Part shown: positions 52,801-64,000 of the stretch, in pieces
Position numbering within the stretch: the first letter of the stretch is position 1
Layout of the letters: each line of letters opens with the position of its first letter
Source: Bispira polyomma
Taxonomy: Eukaryota
Reading direction: 5' to 3'
DNA: 64,000 nucleotides
Assembly: GCA_965649765.1 (NCBI GenBank)
Contig: OZ287753.1
Span: 49,662,001-49,726,000 of the forward strand
The notes under the pieces: generated by a model
Seen by the model: only the letters and a program-made list of their open reading frames with translations
The model's database searches: none
Told to the model about the DNA's origin: nothing
Made by a program: the position numbers and the translations under genes

Positions 52801-53768
52801 AGCAGCGCGGCGTTTCAGAGGTGTTTGGACATTGTGGCCAACTACATGAGGGCTCAGGGCTTTACTTTGTTCTGTTATATCGACGACTATGCCTGTATTT
52901 GCACTAAAGATAGGGCTAGCATAGGTTATAACCTTCTTCATGACATTCTTCTGAAGCTTGGTCTTCCCATCAACCAAGAAAAATCGGTCGTTCCCAGCAC
53001 TTTTACTACCTTTTAGGAATAGACATAGATATTAAGAAGGGCACAATCAGTATTAACCAAGACAAGATTAATTCAATTTATCAAGAACTTCAAGTTGTTA
53101 CTCAGAAATCTTGGTTATCCAGAACAAAATTTCAATCATTGCTTGGGAAACTCCTTTATGTGCATAAGTGTGTATGCCCTGCTAGAATTTTTATCAACAG
53201 ACTTTTAGCTGTCTTCAGAAATAACCCCCATGCCAAAAGATTTAAGGTTACACACAACATAAGACAAGATTTTGATTGGTTCTTATCTTTTCTTCCTTTA
53301 TATAACGGTATCACATATATTACACCCAAGGATATTGAACACATGCAAGAATTCCATTTAGATGCTTGCCTGATGGGACCCATAATTAAAGAGCTAGGTA
53401 ATTATCACTGGAGGCATATACCTGTGGAGTTCTTTAACTTAAATTATATTATATGATTACAGGTGCAGCCCCATCAACATTACCTCTGGTTCTGGCAGCA
53501 GTACAGCGACTAGATTCTGCTTTGAGGCCTTCTACAACCAGTGCATATAACTCACAATTCAAAACTTTCTTAGCATTTCTACAACAGGTCTCAGTACATT
53601 CTATTTTGGCATTTCTGGAGTACCTCACTCAGAACAATATCTCTCCTAGAGTAATTAACAACTATGTCACTGCTCTTAACTTCATGTTCTCTAAGTACAA
53701 TCTTAACACATAGGTTTTAACCCATAACTCTGTGTCCATGTTTCTGAGAAGCTTGGCACTCTCCTCTA
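49846..53768 (+). mobile_element. YR retrotransposon D5, 3'-truncated within YR
   Basis: Repeat A 49846-50072. gag from about 50152 (KSGRYN, FDDLTLPQWAAGQL, CKFHNLGKC). RT 52165..53016 ([28 protein letters not shown]). RNase H partly deleted; YR N-terminus 53463-53768. Confidence 0.92.
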
Positions 53769-55446
53769 ACTTTAATTCTTTACCCAGTTTAATTTGATAT
53801 CAGTACAAACACTTTGAGTTCTACCCTTTTGATTACCCAGCCAAACTGCCTGTGTTTTGTCCAAATTAATTTTTAAACCAGAACATTCTTTAAATTTGCT
53901 CAACACCATAATACTTTTTCTGAGTGATAATTCTGAACCATCTAGTATTAAAAAGGTATCATCAGCATATTGGCCTATTTTTATAACATCATTGTTAATT
54001 ACCACACCCTTTATCTTACTGTTTCTTTTTTATTGCCATTGCAAGAGGCTCAACTGCAAGTATAAAAAGATAGGGACTCAGTGGATCTCCCTGCCTACAA
54101 GATCTACCTAGTTTAAAACATTCGGTAAAATACCCATCATTTAAGACACAACTACATGAATTTTTATATAGATATTAAACCATCTTACAAATTGAGGGCC
54201 GAAATTATATGAATTTAATATATTTTCAATGTAATTTCCACTCAATTAAGTCGAATGCATTCTTAACGTTGATCAATAACAAAGGTCCAACTTTCAGATT
54301 TTGTTCAAGATACTGCATGACATCGTAGACCGTTTGAATATTTTTGACTATGTATCTTTTTTTAAGAATCCCTTTTGTTCAGTTCCAAAAATGTTTGGCA
54401 AGATGTCTTTTAATCTCAAGGTTAAAACACCAGATAAAAGCTTACAGTCCACGTTCATCAAAGAAATGGGGCACCAATTCTTTATAAATTTCCGGGGTTT
54501 ATCACCATTTGGGAGTAGAGTTATAATGCCTTGTTTCTGTGTTTGAGAAAGTTCTCCCAACAGAAAGGCTTCTTTAATACTATTATGTTCACCAATATCT
54601 ACCCAAAAAATTTGAAGAACTCTGCCGGGTATCCATCCGTACCTGGTGATTTACCATTTGACATTTCTTTTGGAACCTCCTTTATTTCGTTTTCAGTTAT
54701 TAGACCCTCGCATTTCGCCTTGTCATTAGTTTCTATAACTTTGATATTACCTTTTTTGCAGAACATTTTTAGGCAATCTGAGAAGTTCGGGGGATTTTGG
54801 GACTTGCATAAATTTTTGTAAAATCTATGTAGCTCATTAAGGTTAGAGTTTTGATCAGTCAAAAGATTCTGTCCTGTGTTAACTCTGTTAATTATTTTTT
54901 TTCATATAGTTTCGTTTTTCTTAGTTACAGAAATAATTTGTTGGTTTTTCATTATACTCATACAAATCCGCCCTGGCACGTAGGAGAATACCCCTTATAG
55001 TGTTTTATCTCGATTTTTGCTGTTCGTCCTTATAATATTGAATTTTTCTGTTTATATGACACATATTTTGGCAAGACATTAACAGATCCTCTAAGTCCCC
55101 TATTTTTTGCTCCAGTTCAGCCTCTTTTTCTACATTTTTTTCTTTTTTTGTGACCAGTACAGGATAGTAATTCCCCCAATTTTTAACTTAATCATCTTAA
55201 GTAGCATTTACCTAGATATTGACAAAGATGATACGTTGTTTTCACTAATTGTTGAATATTCAGAAATAGTATTTTGAATTTGTCCTTCACCATTTTAATA
55301 TACACATTGTTATATAGGAGTAAGGCATTGATTTTCCAAAAAACTCTTCCTCTAATTATTTCACAATTATCAATTTCAATGCCAATAAATGAATGATCAC
55401 GTCTATACCCAAAGCTTTTAAAATACTTTATTACTCTGGCATGAAT

Positions 55447-55689
55447 TGGGATATTTAACGTCCACTCTAGTACCTGTTTTAGGTTATATTGGGATGGGTA
55501 GTTGGAAACACTGGAAGAAACAGTGCATACAGTTGATCAAGGTTCTGCACTGAAACCAGCGGCCCACAGTAAGGAACTACCACCTTTTCCACATAGGAAT
55601 TGACGGGATTCGAACCCAGGCCGCCCAGAGGTGAGAGACCAGTGATTGTGAAGCGCAATGCTTGCTAACCACTAGGCCACCGCGGCCCC
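55447..55689 (-). mobile_element. tRNA-derived SINE, copy 3
   Basis: 15-bp TSD TACTCTGGCATGAAT at 55432-55446 and 55690-55704; intact A/B boxes. Confidence 0.93.
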
Positions 55690-55763
55690 TACTCTGGCAT
55701 GAATGTCAGGGGTTACTAAAATGAAATCTAGCCTTGCCATTTTAACTGGTAAACTACAACTAA

Positions 55764-56043
55764 ATGGTGCTGCTATCGCTTACGTTTTAGAAAACCGGTT
55801 TTTGTTTACAAGTTATCGACGGAACACCGGTGAACTCCGTTTTTACTTTTATTATAAATACTTTTCTACGGCAAATAATGCCATTCGCCTGTACTTTCTG
55901 TTTCCTGTCAAAACACCTAGAAAATTAACATGCACTACACTGGGAGTTTCTTACAAAAACCGGTATCATTAGATATGAACCGTATGTTGTTTGTTTTGGG
56001 TATAGCGAAACGAAAACTGCTTTACCGGTATTCCCTTAACAAC
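55764..56043. mobile_element. Unclassified 280-bp insertion with 11-bp TSD
   Basis: ACTACAACTAA at 55753-55763 and 56044-56054. Removing it restores LINE 'KTWVSCSLPVKMARLDF'. Confidence 0.75.
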
Positions 56044-56769
56044 ACTACAACTAACCCATGTTTTTATTTTATATCGGGGTGAGCGCAATGCCACGTATTA
56101 CAAAAATCTAATACATTTGCGAGCTCATCAACCCTTTTCCTTGAACTAATATTATTTTCTTTAACATATCCTAATGTGTCTTTCTCGTAGTCTCTAACCA
56201 TATTTCAATCACCACACATAATAATTGGATTATTTTGCTTTTGCAGTAATATCTCCTTTAAGTTAATATAAAAATCTGGCTGATCCCTATGTTGGCCTCA
56301 GTGGTGTATGGTGAGAGTATAACTTCCGACCCCCAGTCTTTTCTAAAATAGAATTCGTTTTTAATACAGACATGGACGTCTTGTAGACAATAAATAGAGA
56401 AATTTTTCTTTTTTAGCCAGTTAAATACATCATTTCTTTTAACCTTTTTTGCCATACCCCTAACATTCATGCTGCACATTTTAATGTTACGAGTCATTTT
56501 ATAGCTAGTATATTAAATACCATCCTGGGTAATGTCCAAAGAGGATCATGTGAATAGCTAATTTCTACTTAAGCAAAACTTTTATAAACTGGGTTCCACT
56601 GAAGGAGGTTCAACTAGTTGAAGATAATTTCCAGTGGATTTTGATTTAATAATCAAAATGGTTTATTATTCATTTGAAAAAAAAAACAAATTTCAACCTG
56701 TTAGGCATACAGATAATAAATTACTGTAATTTTTCAATATACCTCATAATTTGGAACTGCGTATGAAGC

Positions 56770-57170
56770 TATTTATTAAACTTGTCTAAATTTTGGAAAA
56801 AAGGTTTTACAAAAAGTTTAAACATGATTTTTTTGAATACAGATGCACTGATTTAACAAACTTGTCCAGAGATTGGAAGAATGTTATTAAAATTATACAA
56901 GCTTACATAATTATAAAAAATATATCACCAAATTTTCTAACATACACATCTAGTTGGATAGAATAATGTGATTGTGATTTAACAAGCTTGTCAAGATTTG
57001 GAAGAATTTTATTACAAATTGTATTAACCTACATACTTATAATACAGATATCCCCAGTTTTTCTAACATGTATTGTGTTTTAAACTAGCTTGTCCAGATA
57101 TTGATAGAAAGTTATAACAAATTATGCTAACATACATTATTTTAATACAGATATCACCAGATTCTACTTG
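56770..57170. repeat. Degenerate tandem repeat, about 4 units of roughly 80-125 bp
   Basis: Recurrent CTTGTC.AGA..TTGGAAGAA…AATACAGATATC.CCA motif. Confidence 0.65.
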
Positions 57171-57629
57171 ATATATACTTGCGATATTGGTATACACTTC
57201 TTGTTTGATAACATAATGTCATTGTAGTATATCCTTATTTCACAGTTAATACATCTAAAGTTCTTGTCGTACTGTCATAAGACATATTCCTAATTTTGAT
57301 TTATCTCTATAAAAAGTGCTTGACAATGTTTCATCAACAAGTCTGGTATAAAGTCTACTGAACAACTCCTGACAATGAAACTGAGTTATTAAATGAATGT
57401 ATTCTTTATAATAAAGAAATTACTATAGCTAATAAACCAATATCCAGAATTCCATTTCTGAACAAATTTGGCTATAACATTAAAATGATAGATATCTTGG
57501 ACAAAAATGGATTTATTTTTCAAAGTGTCAACATGTGACCTTGAAAGAGAGGTTCAAAGTATAATCTAAAAATGACAATGTGATTTTTTTCGCATTCAAG
57601 ACTTCTACCATCAATAATAAGTTTATAAA

Positions 57630-57735
57630 TAGAGTTTGAAAGTCCATAAAACAATTTAAAACTCCATAAATGGAGTTTCAAAGTCCATAAATCAAATTTG
57701 TATGTCAATATATCGAGTTAAAAGTCCATAAATAC
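57630..57735. repeat. Short tandem repeat (AAAGTCCATAAA core x4)
   Basis: Four spaced copies of aaagtccataaa/aaactccataaa. Confidence 0.7.
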
Positions 57736-57939
57736 ATAATAAATATTGCTGCATAAGGCCCTAATCTGCTTCCGCATCAATTTGTTCCTAATCTGCTTCT
57801 GCACCAAGTACAGTCAACCAAGTTGATTAAATATTAGATAGATATAAAATAACTTGCCCAACCAGATGTTGTTTTGTGTGGACTAGTGGTTGGGAAGTTG
57901 CTTAATAATAATAGTAATAACCAAACTAATAAAAACACT

Positions 57940-58540
57940 CTAGTCACAGGAGAGTAGCAGGGAAGAAGTCAAGAACATTTTTCCTCTGATGTTTGGAGCC
58001 AATAAGTAGGAATTCTGTTTTGTCAGGGCTGAGTTTCAATTTTGAATTATTCATCCAAGATTCAATCGAAGACAGGCAGCTAGAAAGCTGTTCCAGGATC
58101 TGAGAACAATTTTTGGGAGTGAGGGAGCAGTAGATCTGTGTGTCATCTGCATAGAAGTGATAGCTAATATTGTGATGTGAGGATATTATACTATTGAGGA
58201 GGGTAGTATACAGTGAGAACAGAAGGGGCCCTAGAACAGAACCTTGAGGGACACTGAAAGGGAGATCAAAAAGAGATGACTCAGCCCCTTTGACCCTGAT
58301 GATTTGATCACGGCATTCGAGATAGGATTCAATCCATTGAAGAACCAAGTCTGATAGCCCGAACCAAGAATTAAGGCATTCAGAAAGTATCTTGTGGTCA
58401 ATTGTGTCAAATGCAGCAGACAAATTGAGTAGGGTAAGTGCAACCACACCACCTCTATCTAATTTCATATTGATGTCACTGCTAATTTTGAGAAGTGCTG
58501 TTTCAGTTGAATGGAATTTTCTATAGGCTGACTGTGCGGG
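57940..58540 (-). mobile_element. L2/CR1 LINE RT fragment, cut by D6
   Basis: QSAYRKFHSTETALL, LSAAFDTIDH, VPQGSVLGPLLF, YADDTQ, KLKLSPDKTEFL. Confidence 0.92.
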
Positions 58541-58611
58541 ATGGCGACCCGGGCCGCAGCAAGGTCAGTTCTCGGGTACCGGGCTAACTAATTTGCAGGC
58601 TGTTGCGGTAG

Positions 58612-58619
58612 TATAAAAG
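58612..58619 (+). promoter_or_regulatory. Candidate TATA box of D6
   Basis: TATAAAAG about 150 nt upstream of the gag ATG, within the element's 5' end. Confidence 0.45.
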
Positions 58620-58767
58620 TCGTCTTCTTTTCAAATTCTCCCACCATTTCCGAAGTTTACAGAACAGGGAGCATTGTTTAAAAAAAGCGTGGTATCACAT
58701 TTGGATTTATGCGGTTTTATAATTCTGTTTTAGTCATTTTAGTTTGTTGATTTTATAATTCATAGTG

Positions 58768-59808
58768 ATGCCACGTCGTGCTGCTGTTTATTGCTCCAAA
58801 TGTTTTGGGAAACACCCAAGGCCTGTTGGTCGAAATTGTAATGTTTTGGACATATCTTTGGGGAATGCAAGTGCTGACTCAGTTGAGGTGGACCCTTCGG
58901 ATTCGGCGTCAGTGTCTGGTGAGGGAAATGTGTCTACTGCTATATTGCAACAGTTACAGTCGATTAGTCAGGCAGTTCAGAGTATGGATCGACGGGTTCA
59001 GCTCACAGAGGCAGCGCTGGCAGGAAATTCTAACAATCAGGCGAGTAAAAATCCAGTTTCTACTGTCAGTTCTGTAAACTTGGGCGATAGCCGTCAGAGC
59101 GCCGAAATACCTGAGACCAGTATTGTTCCAAATATCGAATTTCTGAAACAAAATGTACAAATTCAAACTCAGGTTGAACAACGGCTTAAAGAGTTAAGAC
59201 AAATTAACGAGAGCCCTTCACAAGGTAAGATCAAATCTCAGAGGGGAGGGGGATCGGAAGTTTTAGTCAAACGAACTGTAGAATGGCCCCACAACCATGT
59301 CCTATCGGGTAGTACCAAAACACGTCCTAGCTATGATGACTTAACTGTGGTTCAATGGGTGTGTGGATTTATGAGAATAATACAAGAAGAGAAATCAGAA
59401 GAGAATAAAACTGCTATGCTCGACTACATGGCGAACTTAATGGAGGATGCTCAGGACTTTTCCTGGGAGGCCGCTAAAGCTTGCCATGCAGTCGTGCTAA
59501 CGAATATGGAAATGGACAAGCTAAAATGGTCTGAGGTTGAAAAGGTAGATAGGATCCGTAGAGCGCATGCTCAGAGACATTTACATTCAGGTCAATTTGC
59601 TACCGGTGTAGGGACTCGTAATTTGGGAAATAGTCAAAAGAAAAATAACTACAAGCAGGGGGTGGTCACGTGTCGTTATTTTCAGGATGGCACATGTAAA
59701 CATTCTACTAGTCATAAAACGGGTGCACAGTTTTACAAACATACATTTGAAACCTGCGACAGTAGTCACAGGAGCAGCATGTGCCCCAAAAAGGCAGTAA
59801 AAAACTAA
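58768..59808 (+). CDS. D6 gag-like protein
   Basis: Uninterrupted ORF with N-terminal CSKCFGKHPRPVGRNC, coiled-coil, YDDLTVVQWVCGF and C-terminal CRYFQ.G.C.H…C..SH….C. Confidence 0.88.
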   Translation: MPRRAAVYCSKCFGKHPRPVGRNCNVLDISLGNASADSVEVDPSDSASVSGEGNVSTAILQQLQSISQAVQSMDRRVQLTEAALAGNSNNQASKNPVSTVSSVNLGDSRQSAEIPETSIVPNIEFLKQNVQIQTQVEQRLKELRQINESPSQGKIKSQRGGGSEVLVKRTVEWPHNHVLSGSTKTRPSYDDLTVVQWVCGFMRIIQEEKSEENKTAMLDYMANLMEDAQDFSWEAAKACHAVVLTNMEMDKLKWSEVEKVDRIRRAHAQRHLHSGQFATGVGTRNLGNSQKKNNYKQGVVTCRYFQDGTCKHSTSHKTGAQFYKHTFETCDSSHRSSMCPKKAVKN

Positions 59809-62300
59809 GGGGCCACTGCATAAATGCAGTGGGTCAAAATGTGAATAATAAGGTTTTCACTAGATTTGTATATAATACGCAGTTTTATGATGTAGCACTG
59901 TTTCAAAAGTCGGTTGTACAAAAAATGTTTAGATATCAGAAGGGCACGAGCACTTCTGTCAAGTATAGTGATGTAGTAAAGAGGAGTACCAACAATACCA
60001 AATTTATTGAAAGGCATGTGCACAAAGTGTTACAAAAGGGTAGTACACACAACATGGTGCACAAGTGTGAAAAAGTAATTTCACCTGGCGTTGTAGCTCA
60101 GTTAGTTGTGAATAAAACTAGTCTTATTAAGAGTGATACTGACAGGGGGACAAAAGGGGTGGAAAAGAAACACAGAAAGAGGTGTGAACACAATTCAAGC
60201 CGGGGTGCCCTCCCACTACATAATAGGTTTTCAATTCTGGCTAACATTGAAACAATGGGGAAAGGGGATAACAATCAATCTGAAATTCCCAATGCAAAAA
60301 GTGACACAACAAAGAACAAAAAACACAAAGCATCTGTCAGGTGTAGTGAGAGTGGCAGAAGTGCCATTCACACTGGGCTTGGTAGTGTTAGCACGACAAG
60401 TGCTAACACACATACAGAGGATAACAATAGTGTTAAGTGGCACAGAGCCAACAAAAAGGGCCAAGGGCTGGGTGAAAACAATAACACCAGACTACATACA
60501 GGTTTGGCTACTAAAAAGGACATTAATGGGGAGGACAATAGCAGTGAGTGCATTGTGCCTTCAGACAAATATACATGGGAATTAAAACAGAGAAAAAACA
60601 AACGTCTTTTGTTAGACCTGGCTTATGGGTTCACACCTCTCTCTGATTTTATGACAATTGATAACACAGAAAACACAAAAGTTGAAGAACTAGACGTGTT
60701 GGAAATACATAAGCGTGTTAGGGCTGATGGCAGGTTCAATTTTAAGCTCCCGGTTAAATCTCAGCTAAATACTAAAGCATGGGACAAATATTTGGTTGAC
60801 TATTGGGACAAACAGTTGCCACTATTGATCAAGCATGGCTTTCCGTTAGACTTTTGTCGGGAAAATATAACTCGTTATGATGGAAGCAATCACAAATCTA
60901 CGACTGAATTTCCCACTCATGTGGACTTTTATATGGCAGAAGAATGTGCATTGGGGGCCTTGTTAGGGCCTTTTAAAGAACCTCCCATCAGTAACTTACA
61001 TTGCTCCCCTTTAGAAATAAAGCCAATTCGGAAAACAAAAGAGTCATTGTGGACCTTAGTTGGCCACAAGGACACTCGGTGAATGCAGGGGTATCCCCCA
61101 CGTCTTATTTAGGCACTGAATTCTTACTGTCCTATCCTTCAGTCGACAGTTTAACGCAAGAAGTGGTTAAAATGGGTAAGGGCTGTCATATATTTAAAGT
61201 GGACGTCAGTAGAGCCTTTCGTCACGTGCCCATAGATCCCGGTGACGTGGACTTGTTAGGACTACACTGGAACAAAATATTACATAGATAAATCATTGCC
61301 GTTCGGTTATCAGAATGACAGCACAATTTTTCAAAGAATTTCGGATGCTGTGAGGTACATTATGAAAACGGAAAATCATAATATCCACAATTATATCGAC
61401 GATTTTCTATGTGTCTCGCTTCCCAGTAAAATTCAGAAAACGTATGTGAGATTACAAGAACTCTTGACAGTGCTTGGTTTAACCCTCAGTGAAAAAAAGT
61501 ACACCCTGGCACCTCCGTGGTCTGCCTGGGTATTACTATAGATACAGTTAACTTCACTACCTCAATTCCACCTGAAAAATTGCAAGAAATTAAGAACGTG
61601 TGCAAAGCATGGGAAACAAAAAATGTTTGTACTAAACAAGAACTTCAATCCCTGTTAGGCTTGTTACTCTACGTGTCAAAATGTATAAAGTATGCAAGGG
61701 CGTTCTTGAATCGTATGCTTCAGTTGTTGAGAGACAACCATACCAGTAAACGCATAACCCAGGAATTCAGGAGAGATCTAAATTGGTTCTCGGTGTTTAT
61801 ACACCAATTCAATGGCGTTTCTTTCTTCTCTCATATTCCAATTACAGCCCAAGTAGAGCTTGTTTGACAGGCATGGGGGGGGGGGGGGTATATCAAAATC
61901 AAGTGTATCAACTAAAGCTCCCGGTTCATATGACTGAATTAAACATAGCATACCCAGAAATGTTGAACATACTGGTGGCAATTGAACTTTGGGCTCAGCT
62001 CTGGCAAAATAAACGCGTGCTAATTAAGTGTGATAATCAAGCAGTTGTTACTGTCTTACAAAGTGGATGCACTAGGGATCCCACATTAGCCACGTACACA
62101 CGCAATATTTATATGCTTGCCAGTAAATTTGACATCGACATCAAAGTCATCCACATTTTGGGGGCTAAAAATAAAGTAGCAGATTTGTTGTCCAGATGGA
62201 CTGATACCAACAGAGATCACCAAGTATTGCATGACTTGTTAGGGCCTGTCCAATAGTTGGCCGTGCATGACTCATTGCTCAGGGTTAATGAGAACATATA
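59781..62300 (+). pseudogene. D6 pol (N-terminal extension, RT, RNase H), frameshifted
   Basis: LIKHGFP, KVDVSRAFR, LPFG, YIDDF, CLGITID, EMLNI, CDNQAVV, HILGAKNKVADLLSR. Confidence 0.9.
59799..59832 (+). promoter_or_regulatory. Candidate -1 ribosomal frameshift signal (gag to pol)
   Basis: A_AAA_AAC (59799-59805) directly before the gag stop, a 7-nt spacer, then hairpin CCACTGCA-TAAA-TGCAGTGG. pol is in the -1 frame. Confidence 0.8.
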
Positions 62301-62328
62301 ATTAAATATGGCATAGTATATATTGCAG

Positions 62329-63377
62329 GTATTCACCCTGGAGAACTCAGGCTGGCTAGACAGGCTTGTGAAAGAGCTCACAGAGCCTTCTATCTGTCCG
62401 CCTCTAGGGCTTATGATAGAATGTTTAGGACCTTCATAGCTTTTGGGGTCTTCATGGACTGGAGCCCGAAAAAGGTGAATGTATTGCAGTTGCTCTCCTT
62501 TCTCGAGTTTTTGCACAGTAATAAAGTTTCAGCTTCACAAATTGCAAATTACCTTTGTGCTATAAAGGCTAAATGTGTATTATATCATGTACAGGTAGAA
62601 GCATTTTCTGATACCAGAATTATATACTTTAACAAGGCTCTGGCGGTCAGTAAACCTTTGCAGGCAAAATTGAAGTCATTGTTTGATATCACACTGCTAG
62701 AAAAATTAGTCGAGAAACGTAATGTGACTTATATGGGATTAGTATTCAAAGCAGTATATTTAACTAGTTTTTTCAGTTTCCTGCGTTTGTCAAATCTGTG
62801 CCCCCATTCTGTCAGGGATTTCGACCCCTTGAAACAGCTAGCACGAGCTGACGTTATGTTTAAACCAGGTTATGCTGTCATATTGGTGAAATGGTCAAAA
62901 ACCCTTCAAACCAGAGATGTTGTCAAGCTTCTAACCATTCCAGCCCTTCCTGGTTCCAGCATCTGCCCAGTGACAGCGATTAAAAATGTTTTGGGCATTA
63001 CTCCTCAAGGGGCTAATCTTCCCCTCTTTCAGTTCAAATGTAGGCAAAATTGGGTTCCTCTCACTGATTCCAAAGTACGTAGACATCTAAAAAATGTTCT
63101 AAAAATGTTGGGCTGTGAGCACACAGGCCTCACTTTTCATGCTTTCAGACGTTCAGGTGTCACGTTTGCATTTAATAACAATGTCAGAGTCCAAGACATA
63201 CAGAGACAGGGCACCTGGACGTCTGACTGCATTTGGAGATACATTACTGATTCGGCATTTGCTGGCTCCCAGGTGGCTGATTGTTTAGGGCCTCCATACT
63301 ACACAACTCCTAGGAAATTGGGGTTTGGTGGTCTAACACATTTCATGTTTAGAAAAATCGGGGACAAAAGAATATAA
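62329..63377 (+). CDS. D6 tyrosine recombinase
   Basis: FLRLSN, KWSKT, CPV, HAFRRSG, GTWTSD..WRY. The reading frame is open for about 30 codons upstream of the first ATG (62421), back to a CAG acceptor. Confidence 0.92.
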
Positions 63378-63427
63378 ATATGTTCATAACAGTCAACTAG
63401 ACAGTAACAAAAGTCATTACTGTCCCA

Positions 63428-63673
63428 GGGCATAAGGTCACCTTTAGTAACCAGTACAGATTGTACTTAAAATATATGTTCAACTTAAACCCACAAATTT
63501 AAGTTGAACTTACAAAAATACATTAAGTTGAACTTAAACTCAAATCCTCAACTTAATGCCTAAGTTTGGACTTAAAGTTAAAATTTACTTAAATTAAGGT
63601 TTAAGTTTGGACTAAAAGTAAAATTTCAACTTAAACTCCTTTTTAAGCCTTAGGCTATGGTGACCTTATGCCC
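63428..63673. mobile_element. MITE (246 bp), possibly Harbinger-related
   Basis: Perfect 15-bp TIRs GGGCATAAGGTCACC / GGTGACCTTATGCCC; internal AACTTAAA/TTAAGTT repeats; TSD not clean. Confidence 0.8.
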
Positions 63674-64000
63674 ACCTCAAACTCTACTGTAAATATTAGC
63701 TGTTAGTGTTTTTAACATAGTAACTAATAAATATTATTACCGCAACCTGGGTTGATTATTAGCTATGGTTGGTTAAACGTTAGAATCCTTTAATATTCCC
63801 TTGGCCTGCTACACAGGGGAACTGGTGTGTATTTCCCATATGGTTAGTGTACAGGTGTTCATTTATTTAGAGAGCGACAGCTTTCTCAATCAATTTTGAG
63901 ACAAAGCTTAGATTTGAAACTGGTCTGTAAATTTTAAGGTTATTTCTGTCTAGATTTGGCTTTTTAAGTGTGGGTATTACATTGGCAGTTCTGAACGATT

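Larger units (their letters stand above)
53769..56500 (-). mobile_element. L1/Tx1-clade LINE ORF2 (APE and RT), decayed
   Basis: SMNVRG…CLQDVH, ARLDFIL, KSPGTDGYPAEFFKFF, W.PISLMNVD.K, QKGF, RQGDPLS, QYADD, SGLKINLDKT. Confidence 0.9.
58541..63830 (+). mobile_element. YR retrotransposon D6 (Ngaro-like), the most intact copy
   Basis: Intact gag, pol with a few frameshifts, long YR ORF; right boundary uncertain. Confidence 0.93.

Overview
AT-rich, intron-rich animal genomic DNA (invertebrate-like; not prokaryotic). One host gene is visible: a minus-strand LDL-receptor-family (LRP-like) gene. It has 15 phase-compatible GT-AG coding exons between 45711 and 24951 (signal peptide, YWTD propeller, EGF, propeller, EGF, partial third propeller) and no 3' end in the window. 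The rest is mostly transposable elements. About 29 kb belongs to six divergent tyrosine-recombinase (YR) retrotransposons of the Ngaro/split-direct-repeat type (gag, RT/RNase H, YR; called D1-D6 here) plus two non-coding 'solo' derivatives. Also present: decayed CR1/L2 and L1-Tx1 LINEs, a tRNA-derived SINE family, a TTAA-flanked Kolobok-like insertion, a Harbinger-like MADF fragment and MITEs. Comparing the YR elements suggests an expression strategy. (1) All four retained gags carry a phase-1 G|GTAAG splice donor, and all five retained YR starts carry a phase-1 YAG acceptor, predicting a spliced Gag(N)-recombinase fusion. (2) Gag-Pol appears to be made by in-frame UAG readthrough in D1/D2/D5, but by a textbook -1 frameshift signal in D6. 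(3) A covarying RNA structure with a GNRA tetraloop lies between the terminal repeats. These are sequence-based inferences; novelty has not been checked against databases.
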